A DNA stretch of 63,290 bases, the filler included, from Piptocephalis cylindrospora (Eukaryota), in NCBI GenBank assembly GCA_003614145.1. It is 26 parts of 26 records of this genome, joined end to end, with 100 filler letters (N's around TTAATTAATTAA, not from the genome) between each part and the next. Parts side by side here need not be neighbours in the genome. Positions count along the whole stretch, not along the records: positions 9,903 to 12,272 come from KZ988986.1; positions 12,373 to 14,742 come from KZ988987.1; positions 14,843 to 17,209 come from KZ988988.1; positions 17,310 to 19,676 come from KZ988989.1; positions 19,777 to 22,138 come from KZ988990.1; positions 22,239 to 24,599 come from KZ988991.1; 20 more parts are not named here. One strand, 5' to 3'. Below, piece by piece: positions 12,000-22,990 of this stretch (the stretch's first letter is position 1; every line of letters starts with the position of its first letter). Under the pieces are notes generated by a model. The model was not told the origin of the DNA. It ran no database searches and saw only the letters and a program-made list of their open reading frames with translations. The translations under genes were made by a program, and so were the position numbers.

Positions 12000-12260
12000 A
12001 TGGCTGATATCGAGGAAAAGGTCGCTATTGCTGCGGGATTCCTGCTCAACGCTCCTCCTGGCGAGATTAACGATGTGTTTCATGGTGAGTTCATGGTATG
12101 AGGAGGCAAGAAGCTCCTTCTCTACCCTTCTCTCATCCCCTCTCTCTCTCTCTCTCTCTCTCTCCCTCGCAGACATTCGTACACTTGTGGACCACGACGC
12201 CAGTCTCAACGGTCCAGAGGTCAGTGGAGCCTTGCAGGCTTACAATGATGAACAGCTGAT
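12000..12260 (+). CDS. CAP1: F-actin capping protein alpha, N-terminal fragment (intron 12085-12172)
   Basis: MADIEEKVAIAAGFLLNAPPGEINDVFH/DIRTLVDHDASLNGPEVSGALQAYNDEQL matches the CapZ-alpha N-terminus (APPGE motif). Confidence 0.9.
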
Positions 12261-12272
12261 AGATCGGAAGAG
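12261..12272 (+). other. Illumina adapter remnant AGATCGGAAGAG at contig end
   Basis: Exact 12-mer of the common Illumina adapter stem, immediately before the spacer, where CAP1 similarity stops. Confidence 0.85.
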
Positions 12273-12448
12273 NNNNNNNNNNNNNNNNNNNNNNNNNNNN
12301 NNNNNNNNNNNNNNNNTTAATTAATTAANNNNNNNNNNNNNNNNNNNNNNNNNNNNNNNNNNNNNNNNNNNNCTTCCGAGCCCTTCCGGATAGGGGACGG
12401 CAATGCACGGAATTCCTAGCTGCGGGTTGACGATGGGGTCAGCATGAA

Positions 12449-12994
12449 GTGGATGAGATTTCCGAGGAGCGCGTGATTAGTTCCAGTGTGAATGACGTTG
12501 TGGAGTCTCCTGAGGATCGGTGCGTCGCGATGGACGAGGGAGGCATGGTGGAGATGGCTGAGGACGAAGGGGGGGTGGAGGAGGAGGAGGAAGTTGTTGA
12601 GGAATTGGAGGAGATGATGGTAGAGTTTGAGGCTGAAGAATACCATGAAGAGATTGTGGATTCCCGGGGGGAGGAGAAGAATCGACATACTGAAGGGATC
12701 CTGCTAGAAGAGAAGCTGCTGTATGGGACGGAGACCCATGAGGATGATCCACCCTTCCTTGAATCTTCTCACTCCGCCTCCTCGTCCTCGGATGATTCCT
12801 CGTTGGAGGTCTCTACTATCCAAGCACCCTATATGGCTGAAGATGCCTCTGGAAGAGGAAAAAAGAGCGCCCTCTCCAAAGCATCCCCAAGAAGCAAGGC
12901 TCCCTCGATGGTACGGAGGATGATGCAAGGGAGGCATCCCTCCAAATCCACCAATCTTCCTCATTCCTCTTACGAGATCATTTGGGTTCTATAG
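12449..12994 (+). CDS. Hypothetical acidic (Glu-rich) protein, probable C-terminal fragment
   Basis: 181-codon ORF with E-rich then S/K-rich low complexity; no recognisable domain. Confidence 0.4.
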   Translation: MDEISEERVISSSVNDVVESPEDRCVAMDEGGMVEMAEDEGGVEEEEEVVEELEEMMVEFEAEEYHEEIVDSRGEEKNRHTEGILLEEKLLYGTETHEDDPPFLESSHSASSSSDDSSLEVSTIQAPYMAEDASGRGKKSALSKASPRSKAPSMVRRMMQGRHPSKSTNLPHSSYEIIWVL

Positions 12995-15262
12995 CGATCG
13001 ATTATCTCGCTTTTTTTTATTTTACTTTCACGACTCCCCGCTTCCCCTTCCTTTCTCCCGTCCTATCTCTCGACATTATCCACTTTCAGTGTCCCATCTT
13101 TCTTTTTTCTTCACAATGGTTTGGATGGGTAGGGCATATAATTTGCTTCGTTTCCTCCTACTTTTTCTTTTCTGGATTTGTGGTCCTATTTTTTCATACG
13201 GATGTATTTAGGTATTCAAAGCCAGATTTCTCTGCCCAGATCCGCATTTCAAAGTGGAGCTATCCTGCTCCATTTTCGCTTTCTGGCCACTCCATGCATC
13301 GGGATTTCAAGATGATTTCATAGGGAAAATCCAGATGATCAGCTAATTTAGGTTTTAAGGAGTAGTGGTTGATTAAGGAATAAAAGTGACTAAAGTGAAT
13401 GCAACGCCTCTCTCCTCTTTCTTTCAAGACTTACCAAAATCAAGTGTCATTATCTATATGGCCAAAGTGAACGAGATGCCTCCTTAGTGATAGCTTTGTT
13501 AAGTCAGATTTCATCATCGTGTCTCGGATGAAGATCATGTGAAGATCATGTTTAACTCCTAAAATCATTTGAGGATGAGAGATCTGTTGCATGTTTTAAT
13601 GCGTCAAACGCATAATTACCCCTATGACCACTCAACTTTCTAGATTTTGATGTTGTTGTGCTTTGTATAGAGTATGCAGATACATAGCAGCAATTAGTCG
13701 CCATCTCATCTTAAAGATGTTTGATATGGTCAACTCACATCTAGAAAGGGATTCTGATCCTACACATAGAGACCATAGTGCCGTTTTCAACAAACAATGC
13801 GTAATAAAAGGGATGATGGCGATTATCTCGCGATAGATCACTATTGAATCTATGACATGTCATCATCGGATGATTCCTTCTCAATAGGGAAGAATCAATT
13901 CTTCCTTTGGAGACAAGGCCATTGAGTCATTCATGGGCAGTTTCTCGACATCCGAGTAATCGTCAAAACTCGTTCATTTCGCTCGATGGTAACGGTACCT
14001 TAAAGGCGAAGCATCATGCGATGCACCATTCTCCTTCATTATATCTGATCTTGAATGGTGATGTGTTTAATGATCCAACGAGGATTTTTCCCTTTTCCTC
14101 ATTCAAGTCGGGATGGATATGCCCTTGTCCGGCCGACAAGGAAATGCAATGTTGTACCAGAATCACACGACTAGGCAGGATGATAAGGATAATGTGGATG
14201 AATGAGGATGAAAGAAGCTTTGGCCATCCCGACCTGCGATCGTCATTGACTCCGGCTGCTCTTGAGATGCGGGCACATTAGGATAGAATGGTCTCGAGTT
14301 CAAAGGGCAGCAAAGAAGAAGGGAAGGGGAGAGTGGAACCAATCAGGCGGATAAGGATGGGGGTGTGCCATTGTGAGTGCCGGTGGAGGAACGTATATCC
14401 CTGTAGATCTGATGAGCATTGGGAAGTCCGCTGGGATGGTCTGTCCCTTCCCCGACCATTGAATCAAAGTGGTGAGACGCTTGGCACACGGTCCCTCTGA
14501 CCACCTCGGTTTTGAATCCGTCCTCACCATTGTCCGAGCAGTGCATCCGGAGTTTTGGTCTATCCTCCTCATGCGGGATCCATCGACATGCCCCTTGCTG
14601 GCGATAGTGATGTTGTCCTGGCCTACTCCGCCAGCCTCCCCTGACCTGCACCCTAGTGTGATGTGTCTATCTCCTTCTCCTCCTCCCCCCCCCCCCCCCC
14701 CCCCCCCCCCACCCCCCCACTGTACCCCCCCCTTTCCCCCTTNNNNNNNNNNNNNNNNNNNNNNNNNNNNNNNNNNNNNNNNNNNNTTAATTAATTAANN
14801 NNNNNNNNNNNNNNNNNNNNNNNNNNNNNNNNNNNNNNNNNNCTATCCCCGATCCTCTCGGGCACCAAGTGCTGTGCTGACGGAGGCTTAATCATCTATT
14901 TCCCCCCCCTTTCTCTCTCTCTCTCTTACCCTCTTCTCCCTTTGAGCCCCTGCATCAATACATCGCGTTGAGTGTGGCTTTTACATCTTGAAATAAGGCG
15001 ATTTTTTTGTCCTGAGGGGTACTTTTCGATAGAAAAAGAGAGGGATTGATCAATTATCATCAATTTTAATTGTTTCTGTTGCTCTTTAGGCCCCCCTATA
15101 AATATATATATTCCTCGGGCGAATCATTATAAGACAATAACTTTTTCAATACAAAAAAACATCGTCAATTTAAATTATCATCACTGTCCTATAAATGTGT
15201 GTAAAAATGCCCCTGATCCTTCTCACAGACACAGAGATCATCTCCCCTTCTCAACCAACATG

Positions 15263-17129
15263 CTAGTGCTCCCGGGTAGGAGGGGCATCCCCCTGCTCTG
15301 CCCTACGGATCAGCTCAGTCTCCTCATCGGCCTCCTCGGCATCGGAGGGAAGACCAATAACCTGATGTTCCATCAACGATCGGAAAATCCCCTCTTCCCG
15401 CATCATCAACTCGCCAAATGTTCCCATTTCCCCCATCCGACCGGATTGGAGGCACATGACGACATCCGAGGCCGCCAGAGTAGAAGGCCGATGGGCAATG
15501 GTGAGAACAGTGCGGTTCTGGGTCAGACGGTCCAGCGCCTCCTGTACCAAATGCTCACTCTCTGCATCCAGGGCCGAGGTCGCTTCATCCAGGATTAAGA
15601 TGGTAGGATTCTTGAGAAGAGCCCTGGCAATGGCAATACTAAAGGGGGGGGGAAAGAAAGGGGATGTGAGTGGATCCTGCCCACGCTCGTATTACAAAAG
15701 GCTTACCGTTGTTTCTGACCTCCACTCAGGGAAATCCCACGTTCCCCCACATAGGTATTAAAGCCATCGGGAAAGGACTGGATAAAAGAGGCGCAGTTGG
15801 CCTGTTCCGCCGCTGCTCTCACCTCTTTAGGCGTGGATCCGGACCTTCCGTACGCAATATTCTCCTCAATAGTCCCAGCAAAAAGGATAGGTTCTTGACT
15901 GACAATTCCCACCCGCTGTCTCCACCAGGCCAAATCCAGTTCTCGAATGTCCGTTCCATCTACTAAAATTCTTCCCTCCTGAGGATCGTAATATCGGAGG
16001 AGAAGAGAGGCAATGGTGGACTTTCCCCCACCAGATGATCCGGCAATGGCAAGGACGGTATCGGGATCGACGGTGAAGTCTAAGCCACGGAAAATGGAGG
16101 AGTCAGCGCGAGAGGGATAGGCAAAGCGAACATTCTCAAAGGTAATCGTCCCCCGAAGTGCATCCAGAATACGGCCTGGTTCAGATTGAGGAGGGGAGGT
16201 GAGTTGGTTCTATGCACGATTATTTGCTCGTTCTATAAAAACTTACCCTTTCGATGAGGAATGAGAGACTGACGATCCAAGAGATCAAAGACCCTTCCAC
16301 TGGCCCCAACACCCTTCATGAACTCGGACCAAAAGGAGGTAAGACCCATGAGGGAGGAGCCGACGTAGGCCGTGTAGAGAAGAAAGGAAGTCAGCTCGCC
16401 TACAGTAATGGCCTGACTCATGACCATGTTTCCGCCCATGCCCAGGACGGCAAGGACGGTGAGGTTACCAGAAAGGCCAGCTCCACCAAAGAAGATACCA
16501 CTGGCCATGGCTTCCTTCTTGGCCAGACCAAAGACTTCCTGGACCTGAGTATCATACCGGTCCTGTTCGTCCTTTTCACGAGTAAAAGCCTGAACGGTGC
16601 GAATGTTTCCAATCCTTTCCTCGGCAACCTTGGTGATGTCTCCTAAGGCACCTTGGGTCTTCCTGGACAACTCCTTGACGTATCGACCGTAAATGACGGA
16701 GACAATGGCGATGGGTGGGACAATGACCATCATGACGGCTGTCAATTTGCCAGAGACATACACCATCATGGAGAGACCAGCTGTGGACATGGCCAAGCTT
16801 CTGAGACCGTCCGAAAGATTTCCCGACAGGGTTCGACCGACCAAATTTGTGTCGGCGGACAGCCTAGAGATGAGATCCCCACTGCGGTGGGTGTCGAAAA
16901 AGGTCATGTCCTGACGCAGGATTGACCCATACATCTGAGTACGGAGTCGAGCAACAATCCTTTCGCCCACAACCTTCATCAGCACCACCCTGCCCATGTT
17001 GGCCGTGGCTCCCAGAACAAAGACGCCGCCAAGCAGAGCAAAGAACTGTGGGATCCCCAGATCCATAGGGAGGATGGAAGTGGGGGATGTGACAATGTCA
17101 ATGATCTTTCCCATGGAAAAGGGTACCGA
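15263..17129 (-). CDS. MDL1: Mitochondrial half-size ABC transporter Mdl1/ABCB10-like (5' truncated; introns at about 16180-16245 and 15640-15706)
   Basis: TMD ([36 protein letters not shown]), Walker [11 protein letters not shown]-loop VSQEPILF, signature LSGGQKQR, Walker [13 protein letters not shown] and H-loop IAHR. Confidence 0.92.
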
Positions 17130-17842
17130 CTAGAGAGGATAGAAGATGGATGTAAGAGGGGAGAGTGAGGCCCGACTTTGAGCCCAGTATATCTCGGCCT
17201 ATCCTCGACNNNNNNNNNNNNNNNNNNNNNNNNNNNNNNNNNNNNNNNNNNNNTTAATTAATTAANNNNNNNNNNNNNNNNNNNNNNNNNNNNNNNNNNN
17301 NNNNNNNNNGGTCTCCTCTATACCCTCGGGGGTCTGTGTTCCTCGGAGCCTCTTGAACGCCCCTAGCAGCATCCCCATGTCCATACGGCTATGTTGCCGC
17401 TCAGCACACCCCCCATGCTCCTTCACCTCCCCCTCCCCTCGCTGGTGTTACCGCCCATTGGGAACCCCAGTCTCATTGCTATTCAGAACCCCTTCACTCT
17501 CCCTCTCCCAACAGACACATGTCAGTGGAGTACGAGTGGGGGGCTAAGGGGCGTCTGCATGTACCATCACCTCCTTTAGGATCCCCAACCCACCTTGACC
17601 TAAACCGGCATCTCCATGACGGAGCGCCTAGGGTCATTGATCCTCAAACCTACATGAACCTTCCTGCATCTTCTCCTTCTTGCCTTTCCCGATACGGTAT
17701 GGGGCATCTCACGGTCGAATCTGCCCTTATAAATAGACTTGGAGAAGAATCCTCTTCCCCTTTGCTATCCTATCTTATCCCATCTTATCTCATCCTTCCC
17801 TTCCCCCCCATCACCCCATCTCAGTTTACCCTACTCTACCTT

Positions 17843-17884
17843 ACCCTACCCTACCCTACCCTACCCTAACCTACCCTGCCCTAC
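17843..17884. repeat. (CCCTA)n pentanucleotide microsatellite in the Gti1/Pac2 upstream region
   Basis: accctaccctaccctaccctaccctaacctaccctgccctac. Confidence 0.8.
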
Positions 17885-18011
17885 GCTTGCCCTATTCGTA
17901 CTCTAACCACACCCCTTTATCCTCCCTCTACCTACCCGTACCCTACTCTACGCATACCCATAACAACAACAGCATATCGTGGTCAATTGCCCCATCCATT
18001 GACTTTTTATC

Positions 18012-19431
18012 ATGTCTTCCTCAAAGCATACTGGCCCTACCCCCCTCTCCTCTCCCTCGTATCACGGGTTTCTTTCATCGTTGTTTGATGCCCAAATCCT
18101 ATTTACCGCGGCCATCATGGGCACCATCCCCATCCTGACTCGACGTCTTACCTCCCCCTCCCTGGCCCCACGGTCCGGGGCTATTTACGTGTATGATGAA
18201 GAGGTAGCCCGGATCCAGAGATGGACCGATGGGAGGGCTTGGAGCCCGGCCCGATCCATCTCATCGCCCTTCCAGCGGTATCTGGAGCTGGAGCACCGGC
18301 CCCCGCCTCGGCGGCACCCGTACCGTCAGGTGGTGTCGGTGCCCATGTCCATGCCTTCACCCAAGGTCAAGATGAATGGCCTGGTCAAATACACGGTGGG
18401 TGGACGGTCCTGTCAGGGGCATCATTTACGGCTCGTGGCTTACTACCATCCGGATGACCTGGAGCTGGGGAACCTCAACTCCCCCAGCATGGACCCCCAT
18501 CTGATCCCGCTGATCCGGGAGATCGAAGGTGGTGGCGCCATGGGGTCCATGGTCGATGTGGGGGATCCAAGACCGGCATTGTGTCGGCATGTGGCCATCC
18601 GCATTGATCATGAAGGCGTTCGGCACCCCATCGTCCCTCGTCTCTACCCATCCACTCCTTCCACCACCACGAGCATGGTGCAGAGACAGAGTATAGCCCG
18701 AGGACAGAGCATGACCCAGGGACAGAGCATGTACCGCTCCAGGGCCTCCCCCGTCTCCCCCACCTACATGAACTTTTCGGCCTTTCCCACCTCCAAGCCC
18801 CATCCGTCCTCCCCTACGTCCTACGAGACCATGACGCCTAATCATCACCCTTCCTCCTCCGGCTCAAAGCATAATTTCCTCTCCCATCCTCCACCGCCCA
18901 AACATACCTCCACCGCCTCCACCACCTCCGCCTCCTCCGCCCGATCATTATTCCATCGTCGTAATTGCGCCTCCAAGTTCCCTCCTCCCCTCTCTCTGAC
19001 TAGTATTACCCCGTCCTCCGCTTCGCAGAGGATGCCTCCCCCAACGCCCCCGCCAATGGAGCCTGCTCCACTCGTCAGATTACCCCCCGCTCTCCTCCAT
19101 CTCCTCCTCCCATGGACCCTCCCCAACCATGGGGCCCTTGACCCCGATCTCCCCAGGCTTCCCCACCTCCTCCCTACCTCCAGTACCCAGCCACACCACC
19201 CTACCCTCCTGGAGATCCAAGGTGGGACCCATGACTTGTCATTGCTCCATCTGCTCAACCTCCTCCCAGGGGGCTCATCCTCATCCTCACTCTCATCCTC
19301 ACTCTCATCCTCATCCCCACTCCCACTCTCATCCTTTCCCTCCTCCTCCTACCTATCCCTGTCATACCTGCCATTCTCCCACCTCCCCCTCTTGCCATTC
19401 GGGGATAAAGCAGGGTTCCTTCCCTGCCTGA
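18012..19431 (+). CDS. Gti1/Pac2 (WOPR) family transcription factor; probable frameshift at 19083-19088
   Basis: SYHGFLSSLFDAQILFTAA...RSGAIYVYDEEVARIQRWTDGRAWSPARS...NGLVKYT...HLRLVAYYHPDD...LNSPS is the WOPR domain. Confidence 0.88.
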
Positions 19432-19863
19432 TCTAGATCCTTCATCTCCCCCTACCCTTGCCCTTCTTTATGATAATAATACACATGATCAGCGTCTTTC
19501 CCATCATCCTCATCCTTCCTTGCCGTTTCTGCTCTTCGTTGCTTCTCTCATTATTCCTACTACTACTACTACTACTGTTACTACTGCTACTATCAACATC
19601 ACCACCACCCATCAATAGGATAGACCATCCGCTCTGGATGCTGCTTTCACCGACATGTGCGATGTGCTGGAGGAGGNNNNNNNNNNNNNNNNNNNNNNNN
19701 NNNNNNNNNNNNNNNNNNNNTTAATTAATTAANNNNNNNNNNNNNNNNNNNNNNNNNNNNNNNNNNNNNNNNNNNNAGGAGGACAGACGAGGCATGAGTG
19801 AGTAAGAGAAAAAAAAGGATAATGAGGATGAATCCATGTAGAATCCATGAAGGTAAATGGTAC

Positions 19864-20385
19864 CTTGAGGAGGGCTGATCGAGCTTGGGAGATGGCAGCA
19901 TCCAATTCCTCCTCCTCTTTGGCCTTGATGCTTAGATCCAGGGTCTATCAACGGTGTCATACTGGTGAGCTTCATATGTGAGTCAGTAGAATAGATTCTT
20001 CATATCTTTTTTTACCTCGTAATGAGGCAATTCGATATTCACATCTGGGTGAATGGATAGGGTGTGTTGCAAGGTATAGAGCTCAAAAACATCAAAAGCC
20101 TTATCAATCGAGGATTCCATGAGCGTTTCGAACATGTGAGTTCCCTAATCAATTAGTATGGTGAGAAGGAGGGGGTGGCTTCCCTGGAATTACCCATCTC
20201 GGCCTCACCTGCTCTCCCTCTTCGCTCACGCCCAATTCTCCCTCGACCATGCGGGAGATGCCTTCGGAGGCTGTGTACAAGTGATCGTTGACCGAGTTGA
20301 TAACATCATCGACAAAGGCCACGGCTGGGAAACCAAAATGTTCAATGAGGATGGCCGTGTTGTTTCCTTGCTTTGAGGGAGGCAT
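19864..20385 (-). CDS. MIS12: Kinetochore protein Mis12/Mtw1, 5' exons
   Basis: ILIEHFGFPAVAFVDDVINSVNDHLY...EGEQ/GTHMFETLMESSIDKAFDVFELYTLQHTL matches the Mis12 domain. Confidence 0.9.
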
Positions 20386-20617
20386 ATCGGGAGGAAGCGT
20401 GGTGAAGAGCGGGGATGAGGGAAGATAGTAGGAAGGATATTGTTCAAGATAGACATGAGTCCCGATTTGATTGCTCTTGTTATTGTCGGAGTCGAATCTG
20501 GGCCTACCTCTGCTTGACCTCATCTTCTCATTCTTTCTCTTTTCTTCTCTTCTCTTCTCTTCTCTTCTCTTCTCCTCTCCTCTCTCCTCTTCTCCCTCCT
20601 TACCCTTCTTTCACATT

Positions 20618-22105
20618 ATGGACTTTACAGAGCTCTTCAAACAATCCTCTGGCCAGGTCTTTCCTTCACCGGACCATCGACATCTTGCAACCGTTTTTCA
20701 AAATCGAGTAATAATCCGGGATGCAGAATCACTGGAGCCGGTACTGTCGTTTACGGCGACGGATCATCTTAGCGACTTGGAATGGTCACCAGATGGAGTT
20801 TTTATACTGGCGTGCGGGTACAAGAGCGATACGGTGTATGTTTGGAGTGTGGAGGACAAGCATTGGGGGGGCCGGGTGGATGAGACGACGGTGGGGCTGG
20901 CGGGGGCACGCTGGTCCCCAGACTCCCGACATCTCCTGGTGTACTCATCCTTTGATCTTCGACTGACCATTTGGCCCCTGACGGACACGGAACCGGCGTA
21001 CATTCAGTCACCCAAGAAGTTGGAGAAGGGCTTGGGGCTCCTTCGGGGCTCCCGGTTTATCGCGGTGGCCCAGCGTAAAGATTTCAAGGACACGATCGGG
21101 GTGTATGATAGCGTGAAGTGGACCCAGCTCAAGTCGTTCCCGGTGGGTACACTGGACATGGCTGGAATATGCTGGTCCCCCAATGGCCATTACCTTGTGG
21201 CTTGGGATACAATGCTAGAGTACCGAGTGCAGGTGTTTTCCTCTGATGGTCAGATCCTCACATCCTACTCAGCCTATGACGCGGGATTTGGGGTCAAGAG
21301 TGTGTGTTGGAGTCCTGGATCAGATCTTTTGGCCATTGGTAGTTATGACCAAAAGGTACATGCTTGATTTCGATGAGCTTGGATGGGCTAGACTGACTAA
21401 ACGGACCGGACTATCCTGGATAGGTACGGCTTTTGAACCATTACACCTGGAAGCCCCTCTTTACCTTTACGCACCCAGAACGGGTGACCTCTGCCCCTCA
21501 TCTGGTATGTGGTATTAAAGGATGTATGATACATTTTCTGCCTCGCCCTCTCCTTAACCAATATCTCTCTTCTGATCCATCAATAGACCATTTATCGTGA
21601 GGTGGACGTCCCTATTCCGGAGAAGGGTTCGGATGGACCTCCGGCCAAATGTAAGAGGGGCCGCTTGGTGCTTTTATGAAGGGCTAAACTCACCTCATTA
21701 TCGTCTATCCATACAAAAAGATGAAATCCTCTCCTCCTCTTTGACTATTACCAGTACAAGAACGGATGCAGACAAGCCCAACCCTCGTCTGGGCGTGGGG
21801 TTGTGTGAATTTGATATGTCTGGCCAATATCTTGTGACCCGTAATGGTAAGCCCATCTCCTTCCTGAGCTCACCACCACCCTGCCTCACTACCCGTCCGC
21901 TCTTGGATAGACAATATGCCCCAGTGCCTGTGGATCTGGGAGGTGGAGCGCCTTCGTCTCCGGGTGCTAGCTCAGCAATCGGCATCGATCCGGGTGGCCA
22001 GATGGTCCCCGACCCGTCCAGGCCTCCTTGCCTTTGTGTGTGGCGGGAACAATGTGTATCTGTGGACCGAGCGAAATGGGTGCGAATGCGTCGAAGTACC
22101 GACGG
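20618..22105 (+). CDS. WRAP73: WD40 protein WRAP73/WDR8 (multi-exon, 3' truncated)
   Basis: MDFTELFKQS...WSPDG...VYVWSVED..W.GRVDE...GL..ARWSPDSRHLL..S.F.LRLTIW...LAIGSYDQK; later exons read PNPRLGVG and NMPQCLWIW. Confidence 0.88.
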
Positions 22106-22238
22106 GTAAGCCCCTTTTTCTTGTTTTGAGATGAGAAGNNNNNNNNNNNNNNNNNNNNNNNNNNNNNNNNNNNNNNNNNNNNTTAATTAATTAANNNNNN
22201 NNNNNNNNNNNNNNNNNNNNNNNNNNNNNNNNNNNNNN

Positions 22239-22908
22239 CCTAATCCCTGGTCATTGCTTTATTGTCCCCACTGCACATATAGAATCGCTCCTGGAGTGTG
22301 AGGAGAATGTGTGGGAGGAGGTGAGGAATTTCCAAAAATGTCTCATCCAGATGAGCACCTCTGGAGGCAAGGGCTATGTCTTTCTAGAGACTCACCTAGG
22401 AGGAGGAGGGCATCGGCATGCGGTGATGGAGTGCATCCCCATTCCCTCCTCTTCCATGATCACTGAGCTGCCAGGGTATTTCAAGGAGGCTCTGACTCTG
22501 GTGGATGAAGAGTGGAGTCAACATCGAAAGATCATCGAAACAGGGACAGGGGGGGAAAGGGAGGCGGGGACTAACGACCGATCTTTCCGCACTACCCTTA
22601 CCCCCCAGCTCCCCTACTTTCACGTGTGGTTTGGCCTGGACGGGAGGTCCCGAGGGATGGGTCATGTCATTGAGGATCGGGACCAATTTCCCTCTTACTT
22701 TGTCCTAGAGGTGGTTGGAGAAGTAATTAATGGCTGGGGCGAGGATCATCCAGAGGATATGGCAGGGCAGGGGAATGGGAAGGATGTATCTATTGAACCG
22801 CGAAGATGGAGGAAGCCTCGACATCTCCCCAAACAGGAATGGCAAGCCATAGCCAGTAACTTTTCCACTCAATGGGATCCTTATGACTGGACTAAGACCC
22901 TTGGATGA
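22239..22908 (+). CDS. CWF19: Cwf19/CWF19L2 splicing factor, C-terminal CwfJ domain
   Basis: LIPGHCFIVPTAH...EENVWEEVRNFQKCL...VFLET...RHAVMECIPIP...YFKEA...DEEWSQHRKII...LPYFHVWF...GMGHVIED...WDPYDWTK*. Confidence 0.92.
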
Positions 22909-22990
22909 ATGAGTCAATAGGTACTATTTTTCTATAAGGCTACTCAAATGAGATAATGTTGATGTGGAGGGAGCAGTACGCCCATGTTTA

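Noticed and set aside
17843..17884. Telomeric repeat
   Set aside because: The unit is mostly the 5-mer CCCTA with a single CCCTAA, and it is internal to a promoter region. It is a microsatellite.
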